Assembly (NCBI GenBank): GCA_030704615.1
Contig: CM060734.1
Span: forward strand, 48,732,001 to 48,796,000
Direction: 5' to 3'
Origin: Takakia lepidozioides
Lineage: Eukaryota > Plantae > Bryophyta
Length of the DNA stretch: 64,000 nucleotides
Positions 25,157 through 38,498 of this stretch are shown piece by piece (position 1 is the stretch's first letter; every line of letters starts with the position of its first letter). The notes beneath the pieces were generated by a model that had not been told where the DNA came from, did not search any database, and worked only from the letters and a program-made list of their open reading frames with translations. Position numbers and translations under genes: made by a program.

Positions 25157-25870
25157 TGTTGCGCACCTCACTTCGGTAAGCTCCCCCCTCAAGTCATAGT
25201 TACTCGCTTGATGCGCGCGCCTAACTCCCAACCTGGCCGCCGGGCCAACTTGGAGCTCCGGCTGCTCACCGGGGCATAACGGTCCCCCTTTGATCTCCCA
25301 AAGAACCCTCCAACGATTTGGAACCAGCGGAATTCCCTTTGGTAGTTGGCAGTCCGGAACAGCTCCCCACTCTTTGGTCGCTTTCCGGCTCGCTCGCTTA
25401 CTCACTAGTTTTTGGTCACCAACGGGCTTGCACCGTTCTCGGGGTTACTACTCCCTATATATACTTCTGTAGCTGTCCGCGGGGGTTTCACAAACAACTA
25501 TGCCATTTTATGGCGAACCACCACGACTCCCGGTGATGAGTCGCGGTGAGTCTTGGCCCACCCACCGCGCCCCTATGGACCGTGATGAGTCCCAAGACTC
25601 CCCACGACTCCCACCACGAGGTCTCCACCCCAGGGTGAGTCCTATGCCACCCCCACTAAGTCCCGCTAAGCTACCACCACCACTTGTGGAACCACCCCCA
25701 CCGCAACCCGGTGTGCGGGGCTCCACCTAGTGAGCGCCTCCGCCTCCTTGAGTGCTTTGGGCACTCAAGGGTGCTTCAGTCCCCCATACCTATCGCTGCC
25801 ACTGCCCCCACCACAGGGGCAGCCCCTCTTGTGTCCCGACCCCCTGCCCTCAAGGCAAAGGGCCGCGACA
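25157..25870 (-). repeat. 3' LTR of D (714 bp)
   Basis: Near-identical to 32416-33140 apart from an ~11-bp indel and point changes; purine-rich GGTAGGGGTG PPT-like tract adjacent at ~25871-25882. Confidence 0.97.
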
Positions 25871-26776
25871 CACACCCCTACCAACAGGGAGACGATGTCC
25901 TCATCGGCTTGTCCATTTTGTGGAAACGAACATCCAAGTTGTGGCGTCCCACATCAAGGAGTTTGTTTCCGTACCATGGCGTCCCATGGCAAAGAACCAA
26001 ACCCCACACTTGACTCTACTCTCCACTAGCTAGTTCAGCCGACTTCCTCCAAGTCCCGGCCAAGGGTGGAGCCTCTCAAGCTCCTCCCAGTGCACTCTTC
26101 TTGGCCTACTTCAAGGCCAAGGAACGATCCTCCCCGAGGATCGAATCGCCTTACTGCAACAGCATTGCTTGCGACCGCTCATGATGCCGCTTTTGGCATC
26201 ACCTTGAGCAAGGGTTTACCTCAAACCCTCTTTGACTAGGAAGATAACCTTGAACCAACCACGCGCCCCAATCACTACAATTGGGTCCGCCTTGGAATGT
26301 TGGCCTGAGGTACGGGAACACGCCGAAGCCGCACTACGACTCCGTCCCGAGGCTACACGATTATAGTACGTGAACGGAAGCACGTAGCTTCCACGTTAGT
26401 CCGCACTACAAAGCAACCCCCTCGGTAGCGCAGTTATAGTATGCGCACGCGCCAGGTGCGCACTAGCACGTGAACTCCTAAAGAAGGCGCAAGTTTCTTT
26501 GCCCCTTGGATGGGAGTCACCCGATTTTGGCGCTGCGCAAACACACGATTAAGCCAATTTACCCCTCCCACTTTTGTAAGCTAGCATGTATTCTACACAC
26601 TAGCCAACCACACCATGCATCACCATTCCAAACAAAATAGGACGCACAACATTTGGTACCCATTTCCTTTATAACAAATTTTTGTACAATACAAGTTTTT
26701 GCAATTGGATTCCTAAGCTAGCTAAGCCGGGCTAAGCATGCATTTCCTCCCCCACGCTCCAAGGTTGATGTCCCCA

Positions 26777-29700
26777 TCAACGCTTCTTCCGCTTTTGAGG
26801 TCGCCCTTCGAAAACTGCAACCGCCTCGGATGCGTTTCCCATTTCTGAGGCACGTACCCAAGATGCCTCCACATGATGATAGCCCTTCCATTTGACGAGA
26901 TACTCCGTTTCTTGGTTCTTGAACCTCCTCGACTTAAGTACTGCCTCCACCTCATACTCAAGTTCATTTTCATGATCCAACAGCACAGGTGGCGGACGCA
27001 ACACTTGATGCCGATTCGGACGCGCTTCATCTTTGAAGTAAGGCTTCAAAAGGGAGACGTGGAATACTGGATGCACCTTGCTGTTTGCCGGCAGCTCCAA
27101 TTCATACACATCCTCATTCATAACCTTCCGGATGCGAAAGGGTCCCACATACGGAGGTACGAACTTTGGACTCACTTCCGGAGGTAGTCGGAAATTCTTG
27201 ATGTTCAACCAGACCTCCGTGCCTGCCTCAAACTTCACTTCCCTCCGCTTCCGATTCGCCTGCCTTTCATACCGTTTTCTAGCTTTGGCAATGTTGTACT
27301 TTGCGAGCTTCAACAAATGCTTGCATTCTTCCAGTATTGCCGCTACTGCCGATTCCTCAACGTCCTGGGCGGCCCAACTTGTCGGCACTAGAGGTGCTTT
27401 TCCATAGACCAATACGAAAGGGGAAACTCCCGTTGCGGAGTGTTCTGTGTTATTATAACAGAACTCTGCCGCGTCTAAGTGTTCCACCCAGTCTGTTTGG
27501 TCTGCCGACACGTAATTCCGCAAGATCTGTTTCACTACGGAATTCACTCTTTCCGTTTGGCCGTCGGTCGTAGGTCGGAAGGCGGTGCTCATCTTCAACC
27601 TCGTCCCCATCTTCCTCCAAAGTGCCCTCCAAAATTTACTCGTAAACTTTGGATCGCGGTCCGAGACAATATCCTTCGGGACTCCATGATGCTTTAAGAC
27701 GTGGGCGAAGTAAAGTCGCCCTGTTTCCTACGCCATTGCCATCTCCTTGGTGGGAATAAAATGGCCCATTTTACTGAACCAATCCACCACCACCATGATT
27801 GCATCGAATCCTTTTGACAGCGGCATAGCAGTCATGAAATCCATCGAGACGCTTTCCCAAGTCCCCTCTGGAATCGGCAAGGGTTGTAACAGCCCCGCTT
27901 GCTTTTTGTACTCGCTCCGGTTTTGTTGGCATGTGGTGCATGTCTTGACATACTCCTCTGCCTCCTCCCTCAGTTTGGGCCAGAAATACTCTTTCTTCAA
28001 GAGTGCCGCAGTGTGCTTGGCTCCGTCGTGGCCCGCAAGCGGGCTATCATGGCATTCTCTCAAGAGGCTATCTCTGATCCCTCCCTTCGGCACGTAGAGA
28101 CGCTTTTGCTTATACCGGAGCAGTCCATTTTGCAAGTGAAACTGCGATTTAACCCCCATCCTCAAGTCCTGCATCACGGACTTCGCCAGCTCATCCTTCC
28201 GGCAAGCCTTTCGGATCTTCCTTTGGAGCGCCATCTCGCCCCTATACACCAACACTAGCTGCTGATTTCTACTTAAAGCATCGGCCACCACGTTGTCCCG
28301 TCCCAGTTTGTACTGGATATCCACGTCAAACACCGCCAAAGTATCTTGCCACCTAAGTTGTTTTGGGGACAACTTGGGCTTCGTGGCAAAATACTTCACC
28401 GTGACATTGTCCGTGAACACCTTCACTGGGTTGGAACCAACATAGTGGCGCCAAAGCTCAAGACAGTGCACCACCGCCTTCATCTCTTTCTTGTGCGTTG
28501 GCCACCGTCGCTCCACTTCATTCAGTTTCTTACTTTCGTAAGCCACTAGACGTCCATCTTGTATCAGTACACCCCCAATCGCGAAGTCCGACGCATCTGT
28601 ATGAATCTCGAATGGACGATCGAACTCCGGGATTTTCAAGACTGGAGCTTCCGCCATCCGCTGCTTCAATTCAGCAAAAGCTTGGCCACAAAAGGTGTTC
28701 CATGCCCAGACTTTAGATTTACACAGAAGGTCTGACAGCGGCCCCGCGATTTTGGCGAAATTTCTCACATACTTCCGGTAATAGGAGGCGAGTCCTAGGA
28801 AGGATCGCACCCCCGGGACCGAAGTCGGAGGCTCCCAGTCCAAAATTGCCCTCACCTTCCTGTCATCCATTCTGATCCCATCCTGTGTAATCACATGCCC
28901 CAGGAACTCCACTTTTGTGACCCCGAATTCGCACTTTGAAGCTTTGGCATACAACTTCCCTTCTCGCAATTTTTGGAACACCCTTTTCAGGTGCTCCAGG
29001 TGCTCCTCCTTTGTTTTCGAGTACACCAAGATGTCGTCGATGTACACGATCACAAAGTCATCCAACCACTCCTGGAAAAGGCTGTTCATCAGCGTGCTAA
29101 ATGTCGCTGGTGCATTGGTGAGCCCAAAAGGCATCACCAAGAACTCATATGAACCATACCTTGTCCTGCACGCGGCCTTCTCTTCATCTCCTTCCGCCAC
29201 CCGAATTTGATGATAGCCGGAGCGCAAGTCGATCCTGCTGAAATACTTCGCTCCTGCCAACCGATCGAAGAGGTCGTCGATCCTTGGCAAAGGGTACCGG
29301 TTTTTGATAGTCACCTTATTCAGAGCCCTGTAATCGACACACATCCGCAGCGTCCCATCCTTCTTGTCTGCAAATAGCACCAGGGCTCCGTAAGGTGACT
29401 TACTCGGCCGGATGTACCCCTTTGACATTAGATCCTTGAGCTGAGTCTTCAGCTCGACCAACTCTCTGTGGCTCAATTGGTAGGGCGCCTTGGCAGGCGG
29501 TTCCGATCCCGGTATCACCTCAATCTTGTGGTCAACTCCTCTTCGCGGTGGCAAGCCGCTTGGCAAATCCTCCGGCATCACATCATGGTATTTCTCCAAA
29601 ATCCCCTTGATCCAATCTGGGCTCGGCTCTCCATCGCCTTCTCCCTTCACTTCTCTAATGTAGAGCAAAAACTGGGGCTCGTGTGCCTCCTCCACGGCCC

Positions 29701-29962
29701 ACTCCCTTGCTGACAGAAGGTTTATTCGCCCTCCCACGGGTTTGGGCGTTTCCGAAACTCGTAAGACCTCGCCACCATTCCAACATGGCAGCGTGACTAC
29801 CCTCTTGCGGCCATCTATGACCGCTCCGGATTTGCTCAAAAAGGTCATCCCCAAAATGAGATCCACTCCATCAGTCTCGCAGACGGTGAAGTTCTCACGT
29901 CCCTCCCAACTCCCCAGTTGAAGAGGAACATTGAACGCCAACCTCGTCGCCAATTGAGGTTC
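26777..29962 (-). pseudogene. pol: pol of D: partial PR, RT, RNase H, integrase + chromodomain (one in-frame TAG at 27728)
   Basis: [35 protein letters not shown]...CTTC, SMDF, TDGQTERVN, YEVEAVL...YLVKWKGY...SW. Confidence 0.95.
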
Positions 29963-32360
29963 CGGAATTCGCACTTTGAAGCTTTGGCCTACAGCTTCCC
30001 TTCCCGCAATTTCTAGAACACGCTTTTGAGGTGCTCCAGGTGCTCCTCCTTTGTTTTCGAATACACCAAGATGTCGTCGATGTACACGATCACAAAGTCA
30101 TCCAACCACTTCTGGAAAAGGCTGTTCATCAGCGTGCTAAAGGTCGCGGGAGCGTTGGTGAGTCCAAAAGGCATCACCAAGAACTCATATGAACCATACC
30201 TTGTCCTGCACGCGGTCTTCTCCTCATCTCCTTCCGCCACTTGAATTTGATGATAGCCGGAGCGCAGATCGATCCGGCTGAAATACTTTGCTCCTGCCAA
30301 CCGATCGAAAAGGTCGTCGATCCTGGGCAAAGGGTACCGGTTTTTGATAGTCACCTTATTCAAAGCCTTGTAATCGACACACATCCGCAGCGTCCCATCC
30401 TTCTTGTCTGCGAATAGCACCGGGGCTCCGTAAGGTGACTTACTTGGCCGGATGTACCCCTTTGACATTAGATCTTTGAGCTGAGTCTTCAGCTCAACCA
30501 ACTCTCTGTGGCTCAACCGGTAGGGTGCCTTGGCAGGCGGTTCCGATCCCGGTATCACCTCAATCTTGTGGTCAACTCCTCTTCGGGGTGGCAAGCCGCC
30601 TGGTAAATCCTCCGGCATCACATCCTGGTATTTCTCCAAAATCCCCTTGATCCAATCTGGGCTCGGCTCCCCATCGCCTTCTCCCTTCACTTCTCTAATG
30701 TAGAGCAAAAACTGGGGCTCGTGTGCCTCCTCCACGGCCCACTCCCTTGCTGATAGAAGGTTTATTCGCCCTCCCACGGGTTTGGGCATTTCCGACACTC
30801 GTAAGACCTCGCCACCATTCCCACATGGCAGTGTGACTACTCTCTTGCGGCCATCTATGACCGCTCCGGATTTGCTCAAAAATGTCATCCCCAAAATGAG
30901 ATCTACTCCATCGATCTCGCAGATGGTGAAGTTCTCACGTCCCTCCCAACTCCCCAGTTGAAGAGGAACATCAAACGCCAACCTTGTCGCCAATTGCGGT
31001 TCTCCTTTGGCAGAACGCACCTCAATAGAGGCCCCCACGTCACTTGTCGGGAGTCCCAGCTTTTGTGTGTTGCCGGTGTCATGAAGGAGTGCGACGCTTC
31101 TGTGTCCACCAACAACGACACGTTAATTCCGGATATTATCCCATCCACGAACAATAACTGACTCCCTTTACATAAGGCGCCAGTTTCCTGATACAACTCA
31201 CAAGAAAATTTGCCTACCTTGCAAATCCTGGCGACCACCGCTTCCACCAAGCGACTGATGGTATCTTCCGACAGCTCTGTGGTCGCCCGAGTCATGTTCA
31301 ATTGCCGGGGATTCGTGCATTTCTTGGCCATGTGCCCAGGCTCCCCGCAATTGAAACACACTCCATCAAAGGTCGCCTTCTGTCCGCCATAGGCCGCTCC
31401 ACCCGCTTTTCCTTTCGAAGCACCGGGTGCCGCCTTGACTTGTGAAGGCCCTCCCTTCGATTTCCACATGCCATTGTTGCCGCGTGGCCTATCCCACTTC
31501 TTTTCCGGTCGGAAGGAGTCACCTTCCCGCCGGATCTTCTTGTGGTTCAGCTCCGTACGGCCTTGTCTTTCACCCTTAGGGACATCCGAGAAACATTCAG
31601 CCCTCTCAATTGCCTCGTTCAAAGTCTTAGGTGGCTTCTCCTCCAACTTCCGCTTGGCCCATGGGGATAGTACCATTTCTAGTTCTGCCATGTCTACGAC
31701 TTCGAGCAACAACACATTGAAAGCCTGGACATATCCCCGAATGTCATCTGTTTGCTTCAAATTCCTCATCTTGTCCCGGGCGAGCCAGGACGCGTTGAGG
31801 GGCACAAACTGCCTCTTCATCAATTCCTTGAACCCACTCCAGTTCAAGGTTTCTGGGCTTGGACCTCAGTTGTGAAGGCATTTCTGCCACCATTGTTGAG
31901 CATAGCCCCTCAAATAGGTGGGAGCCACTTCCACCCGAACCTCGTCACTCAATTTGGCCGCCCGGAAGTACTGCTCTAGCTCCAAGAGCCAGGTGTTGAG
32001 TGCCTTCCGATTTTGGACGCCCTCGAAGGTGCCGGGTTCCTTAGGCTTTACCTTAAACTTTGCCTTAGTGGAAGTGACATTAGCCGCCTTCAACACGTCT
32101 TTCAACGTCCCGCCAAATTGCGCCAACAACCCTTCCCAAAAGGCTGCCGGCATGGGAGGCATCTGTTGGTCGGTCGGAGCTCTCAGGGATTCCTCAGGCT
32201 CCGACTCCTCAGATTCCTCCCGCTCTTGAGCGGCCTTATTTTCGGAAACATGCATCGCTTCCTCAAACGGCCGCCTCGGTGACACGTCGCCCCCATTGGG
32301 CTCACCAGGATCATCATCTTTTGGGCCGTTCCGCTTTCGCTTTGGCTTGCCCGACCCCAT
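29963..32360 (-). pseudogene. gag: gag, protease and truncated RT of D
   Basis: KEPGTFEG...AQQWW; [14 protein letters not shown]; [11 protein letters not shown]; RT ends at ...ASKCEF at the duplication junction. Confidence 0.92.
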
Positions 32361-32401
32361 GATGAGGCCAATCCCAAGGACGATCGCGTACTGAACTCTA
32401 A

Positions 32402-32413
32402 GCTCTGATACCA
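32402..32413 (-). promoter_or_regulatory. Primer-binding site complementary to tRNA-iMet (element D)
   Basis: Revcomp TGGTATCAGAGC, 2 nt from the LTR end. Confidence 0.95.
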
Positions 32414-32415
32414 AG

Positions 32416-33140
32416 TGTCGCGCACCTCATTTCGGTAAGCTCCCCCCTCAAGTCATAGTTACTCGCTTGATGCGCGCACCTAACTCCCAACCTGGCCGCC
32501 GGGCCAACTTGGAGCTCCGGCTGCTCACCGGGGCATAACGGTCCCCCTTTGATCTCCCAAAGAACCCTCCAACAATTTGGAACCAGTGGAATTCCCTTTG
32601 GTAGTTGGCAGTCCGGAACAGCTCCCCACTCTTTGGTCGCTTTCCGGCTCGCTCGCTTACTCACTAGTTTTTGGTCACCAACGGGCTTGCACCGTTCTCG
32701 GGGTTACTACTCCCTATATATACTTTTGTAGCTGTCCGCGGGGGTTTCACAAACAACCATGCCATTTTATGGCGAACCACCACGAACACCCTCGACTCCC
32801 GGTGATGAGTCGCGGTGAGTCTTGGCCCACCCACCACGGCCCCTATGGACCATGATGAGTCCCAAGACTCCCCACGACTCCCACCACGAGGTCTCCGCCC
32901 CAGGGTGAGTCCTATGCCACCCCCACTAAGTCCCGCTAAGCTACCACCACCCCTTGTGGAGCCACCCCCACCGCAACCCGGTGTGCGGGGCTCCACCTAG
33001 TGAGCGCCTCCGCCTCCTTGAGTGCTTTGGGCACTCAAGGGTGCTTCAGTCCCCCATACCTATCGCTGCCACTGCCCCCTCCATAGGGGCAGCCCCTCTT
33101 GTGTCCCGACCCCCTGCCCTCAAGGCAAAGGGCCGCGACA
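32416..33140 (-). repeat. 5' LTR of D (725 bp)
   Basis: TGTCGCG...CGCGACA termini; TATATA box near 32715-32722. Confidence 0.97.
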
Positions 33141-33145
33141 CATGA

Positions 33146-34440
33146 TCTTAGACCGCATCAAAGAGAAACATCAGAGGGAATTGGCGACAACAAGAACAGT
33201 ATGTAACCACAAGGTTACAATCGCATCGTTAGAAGATCAAAAGACGACCTTACTTCGCCAATACAACACTTTGACACAACGCAGAGATGAGTGGGAGCAG
33301 AAGTGGCAAAGATAGACGAAACATGCCATGTCCAAGCCGACCTCAATGCAGAACGAGAGCGATCTCGGAAAACAGAAACAGAGGTGGAAACACTCACAGG
33401 ACATGTGCAGACGCTGAAGCAGCAGGTGGAGACAATCAAGGGGCAACTGAAGACTGCCAAAGACCAGGGAAACAAGTGGCTATCATGCAACACTGTACTG
33501 CTGAGGGAAAGGGAAAATGTTGAAAGCAGGCTGTTCATAGCCACCACAGAAAGAGACATTGCCATGGGCAATGAACAAGAATGGAAACAGCAGCTGGAGA
33601 AGCTGACACTGCAAGCAGGGCTGGACGCAGCAGACGCAGCCTTGGCCAGAGCTTGGTTGAATGAAGGGAGTGAACTGGAAATGAAGAAACTCAATAGGGC
33701 AATGGTAAGACAAATGAAATGTCAATTGGCGAAGTTGGTGATAGACATTCACGAGGAATTCCTGCCACCAATTCTAGAACAAGATGAGCTCATGGACGAA
33801 GACGATCAAGAGGAGCAAGACCATGAACAAGAAGCACCGATATAATCAACAACAACAACACCAGCACAACCACCACCCAGTCAACAGGCACTGGTATAGG
33901 CCACAGCAGGGCCATCTACTCAAGAGGTAAACCCCGTACCACTACCAAGTGTTCCGGTGGCATCAACTTCGTTAGCAGTGGATGATTTCCAAATTGTGCC
34001 ATGCAAGCAGGATGGGGAGTGGCTAAAGTATTTAGAGGAATACTTTAAAATGATGGTAGTCCCAGCCCACCAAATCCCAGAAATACTAGAAAAGGTATTC
34101 AAAACCTTAACCCCCTGCAGATCATTGGGTCAATTGCATCTGCTCAATCAAACTCTCATACCTTTGAGATACAAGATGAGGCCACTGGCTAGGGATGAGA
34201 CATGGTTAGGGGCAGAATTGGTTGAATTCTGGCGCCAGGCTCCCCTGGAGTACAAAGAGTTGGTAGCTTACATGTGGGCAGTAGGGCAATTGAAGATTAA
34301 TCCTACCCCGGCAGTAGACATTGTAATGTGCTGCCCAAGTTTCTATATTGGCAGTTACTTGTACCGGATGTTCGTGACAATGAGGGGAAGCTGGTAGCGC
34401 TATGAGAGTATTGAAAAAGATACTCAGTGGGAATTACCCA
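33146..34440 (+). pseudogene. Extra 3' ORF(s) of element B, coiled-coil-rich C-terminal part
   Basis: Heptad-like ORF 33291-33845 and ORF 33957-34397 lie between the D TSD and the 3' LTR of B. Confidence 0.5.
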
Positions 34441-34460
34441 AATTCCAGCCACCAGAGAGA

Positions 34461-34954
34461 GTCGCACGCAACTTAGAAGGTATCAGGGATCAGTGTGTAT
34501 TCAATGGACTCAGAGTGATTCAATGTGTACTTCTATGATGATGTGATGAACTCTGAAGTAAAGCCATGCTATTCGAAGTATCTCTATGTAGAGTGAACGT
34601 GAGATGGAGAGAATGTGCATTATGAGAGAACGTGAAATGGTGCGAATGTGTATCATTTCAGAATAGTTCTTGTTTTGTCTTGACTACCATCTGATTGTAT
34701 GAACAAAGAGGCTTTAGTCTTTTCGACTAAGATCTGTCATGCCAAAGAGACTGTAGGTTGGGCTTAATCAATAGGATTAAGCAACCTGTAGGGATATTGA
34801 TTCATACGACGTTCGTGGTTTAACTATCCTTAAAACGATTATTTTGTAATCGTTTTTGAAAGCATACCTTCGGACAACCTCTGTTGCATGTCTTGGGAAA
34901 TGGGCGGTAGTGCTGACAGCCTATTTTGTCTAAGTCATTAACCAGCGGTTAACA
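34461..34954 (+). repeat. 3' LTR of element B, 5'-truncated (first ~173 bp and PPT missing)
   Basis: Aligns to 16152-16645 with about 18 substitutions by manual count; ends TTAACA. Confidence 0.95.
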
Positions 34955-37900
34955 AAGTACGCCATAGAGGTTGCAACACATTGGAGGAAGGGTGTTTGGT
35001 GTGCAAAGTGCCAAAATGAAGGCCATACCACAGCTGAATGCCACATGAAGGAGAAACAATGTACTATCTGTAAAATCAATAACCATTCTACTGAGAATTG
35101 TTATTACAATAGAAGGACAGCTACAAGAGACCCCAGGCAAGTGTGGGTGCATCAAGTGCAACCCCAACCAAGAAGAAACAATGACCAGGATCACTATGGT
35201 AGACCTGGTGGATATAACAATGGTATGGCAGGAAGAGGTAATCCAAGAGGGAATTACCCAGGCAATCCCAGAGGAACTATCAGGGTAATCCAAGGGGGAA
35301 TTACCAGCCAGAGAATCAGGATTATAGAAATAATCCCAGAATAGACCAAGGTCGAGAACCCAATGGTGAAGAATTGTGTTATAACTATTGTAACCAGGCA
35401 GGACATCGCAAAGCAGCCTGTCCATTCTGGATCAGACACCAGAATGAGATGAAAGCTCTTGTGAATGATGGCCCAGCAGTGGCAGCTCACATGGTTATGT
35501 CATGTTTTGTACCAGAAGTAAGTACAATGATAGTTACCAGTTCTAAGCAAAGCTAAACTATTACCTCCAGTGGATAAGGAAGAAGATGTTAATGAAGAGG
35601 GCAGTGATGTGCCTGAAGATGATGAGGCATGGAGAGATGAGAAAGAACTGCACAAGGAAGTGGTTGATACCATAAGGGAAATGCAGAAGGATACTGATAT
35701 CCCTATGGCAGATACTTCTGACTCTGAAAGAGAAGAAGGTGAAGATGAAGTGAAGCAAAAGGTTTCACAGGTGCAGGATAATGAAGGGGCTTTGGCTGAA
35801 GTAATATGCCAGTCCAAAGCTGAGATTACAATTGGGCAGCTATTGGCTGTGGCACCCCATTGTAGACACAGGCTGTATCAAGCAATCAATCAGATTGCTC
35901 ATGTGACAGAGAACACAGACCTGAATAGCAAGGTTACAAGTTATAATGTGAAGCCTGAAGGGCGAGAAACTGTCATGGACTTTGATGAATCCATGCCAGT
36001 AATCCAATTAGGAATTAGAAGCACAAACTTGACTGTACTGATAGATGGAGGCTCAGGAGTGAATATTATGACAGATCAATTAAGGCAGAAGCTTGGTCTA
36101 AGTAACATGAAACCAGCCCCATTCACAATAACAATGGTAGATCAAAGGAGTGTACAACCATTAGGCTTGATAAGAGGAGTAAGGATACATATTCAGAAGA
36201 TGATCTTTAAGATCACTGTGACTGTATTGAAAATGGATGATGTCATGGAAGCTTACTCTTTATTGCTGGGTCAACCATTGCTGGGTTGACCATGGCTGAA
36301 ACATGCCAGGGTGTTCCATGACTGGAATTCCTAGTTACTGACTATGCATGATGGGAAGCACGAGATACAGATCACCACTTAGAAATCGGGTAGGCTACCT
36401 GCTACTCGGAGACCTCGTGGAGTCAGAGAGTATGACTGGAGGGGAGGCCTTGATGCGGAGCAGGAAGCTACTCTATTTGCTGCACACCCAGAGTGGGAGC
36501 AGGTTGCATAAATGCAACTGGGAGGCCTGCGTTGCTTTAAGGGTATATGTTGTGGTGCAGTAACAACAACACCAAATGAAGTGGAAGAAAGTAATTACCC
36601 ACCTCATTTCTATGAAGAGAAAGAAGGGGAAATGGAAATTCTAGAGGAACCAGCCACCATTAGTCTGCAGGATGAAATAATGGCAGACTGGACTATCTCA
36701 GCTGAAGAGCAGGTGAGAGAAGTCAATGTGGGAACTGAGGAGGAGCCAAGAATGGTGAAAGTTGGGGCTGACTTGGAGCCAGAATTCTTTGAGGAAGCTA
36801 AGAGCTTGTTTATCAAATACAAAGATGTATTTGCTTGGAGCTATGAAGATTTGAATGGGATACCACCTGAGATCTGCCAGCATAAGATTGAATTGGAACC
36901 AGGGTCAGTACCAATTAAACAGACAAGGTACAGGATGAATCCCAACTATGCATAGAAGGTTGGGGAGGAGATTAAGAAGTTGGCTGAGACTAAGTTCATA
37001 TACCCGATAGAGTATACAACTTGGCTATCACCCTTTGTGATAGTTCCCAAGAAGAATGGCAAACTGAGAGTTTGTGCGAACTATAAGAAGTTGAATGATT
37101 GTACAAAGAAATATCCATTTCCTTTGTCATTCACAGAAGCTGTACTGGACACTGTGGCAGGCCATGAGATGTACTCATTCATGGATGGCTTCAGTGGGTA
37201 TAACCAAGTACAAGTAGCTGAAGAAGACCAGGGAAAGACTGCTTTCATCACAGACTGGGGTGCTTATGCATACAAAGTCATGCCTTTTGGACTTTGTAAT
37301 GCACCGGCAACTTTCCAGAGAGTGATAAGTGAATCTTTCCATGAGTATCTAGATGATTTCATGCAAGTGTTCTTAGATGACTTCAGTGTGTACAACTCTA
37401 AGAATGAGCACTTGCAGAAGTTGGAATTATGTTTGGCCAGATGCAGGATGAGAGGTCTTGGTCTGAATCCAGAAAAGTGTACTTTCTGTGTGAACTCAGG
37501 GGTACTTCTGGGACACATTGTATGTAAGAAGGGTCTGCTTGTGGATCCTAGAAAGACTGAGGTCATTAAAGCACCCCCACCACCAGTAAATGTTAAGGCT
37601 CTAAGGAGATTCCTTGGACAAAACAACTATTACATAAGGTTTGTCAGACGGTATGCACAGATGACAGCACCATTGAGCAAGCTTTTGAAGAAGGATGCAG
37701 TGTTTGCATGGACAGCTGAATGCCAACAGACATTTGAGGCACTTACAATGTCAGTAACAACTACACCTGTGTTGATTAACCCTCACTGGCATGTGGTGTT
37801 TCATGTACACTGTGATGCCTCGGGAGAAGCATTGGGAGCTGTGTTAGCCCAAAACGTCACAGAAAACATAGATTCACCTGTATACCATGCTAGCATATTA

Positions 37901-38270
37901 TTGAACAATGCTGAGATGAACTATAGCACTACTGAAATAGAAGCTTTGGCAATGATCTATGCAGTCACGAAATTCAGACATTATCTACTTGGAAGGAAGT
38001 TTATGTTTTATGTGGATCATCAAGCTTTGATTTATGTGGTGAACAAGCCTTTGATAAGTGGCAGGATAGTAAGATGGTTGATTATCTTGCACGAGTTTGA
38101 ATTTGAAGTTGTTTACAAGCCTGGAAATTTGCATCTTGTGGCAGATCACTTGTCACGCCTTTCAACAGAAGAACCTGCCACAGGAGTAGACGATCAACTG
38201 CCTGATGCGAGTTTATTTGCAATGGAAGTGCAGAGAGCAGATGATTGGTTAGATTGGCAATGGCCAATCA
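34955..38270 (+). mobile_element. Ty3/Gypsy fragment C, same family as A but opposite orientation (mid-gag to end of RNase H)
   Basis: Proteins closely match A (e.g. [50 protein letters not shown]); cut at WQWPI, just before integrase. Confidence 0.93.
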
Positions 38271-38498
38271 TACAGGGTTGCACATGTCAGTGACGTCACG
38301 TCACGTCGGACCTGACGTTGACACGACCAATGTCACGTCAGTTTTGCCGAAAATTCAGTAAAACATGAGTTAGGTGAAAAATATGCCACGTAGGTGAACA
38401 CGTTGTATTCCAAGCGACACCTTGGCAAGTGAATGAATTGTTTAATAAATTACTCCATCCGCCAATATTTGATTTCTAAATCATTATTGTTAAATTGG

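Larger units (their letters stand above)
25157..33140 (-). mobile_element. Full-length Ty3/Gypsy chromovirus D (Galadriel-like), inserted in element B
   Basis: TG...CA LTRs at 25157-25870 and 32416-33140; 5-bp TSD CATGA (25152-25156 and 33141-33145); tRNA-iMet PBS; chromodomain integrase; [11 protein letters not shown] RNase H signature. Confidence 0.97.
15979..34954 (+). mobile_element. Ty3/Gypsy non-chromovirus element B (related to A) with extra 3' ORFs; interrupted by element D
   Basis: 5' LTR 15979-16645, gag-pol 17243-~23060, extra ORFs 23990-25150 and 33146-34440, partial 3' LTR 34461-34954. Confidence 0.88.

Noticed and set aside
25148-26033. Pro/Gly-rich ORFs in D and E LTRs
   Set aside because: Chance ORFs in GC-rich LTR sequence, repeated only because the LTRs are repeated.
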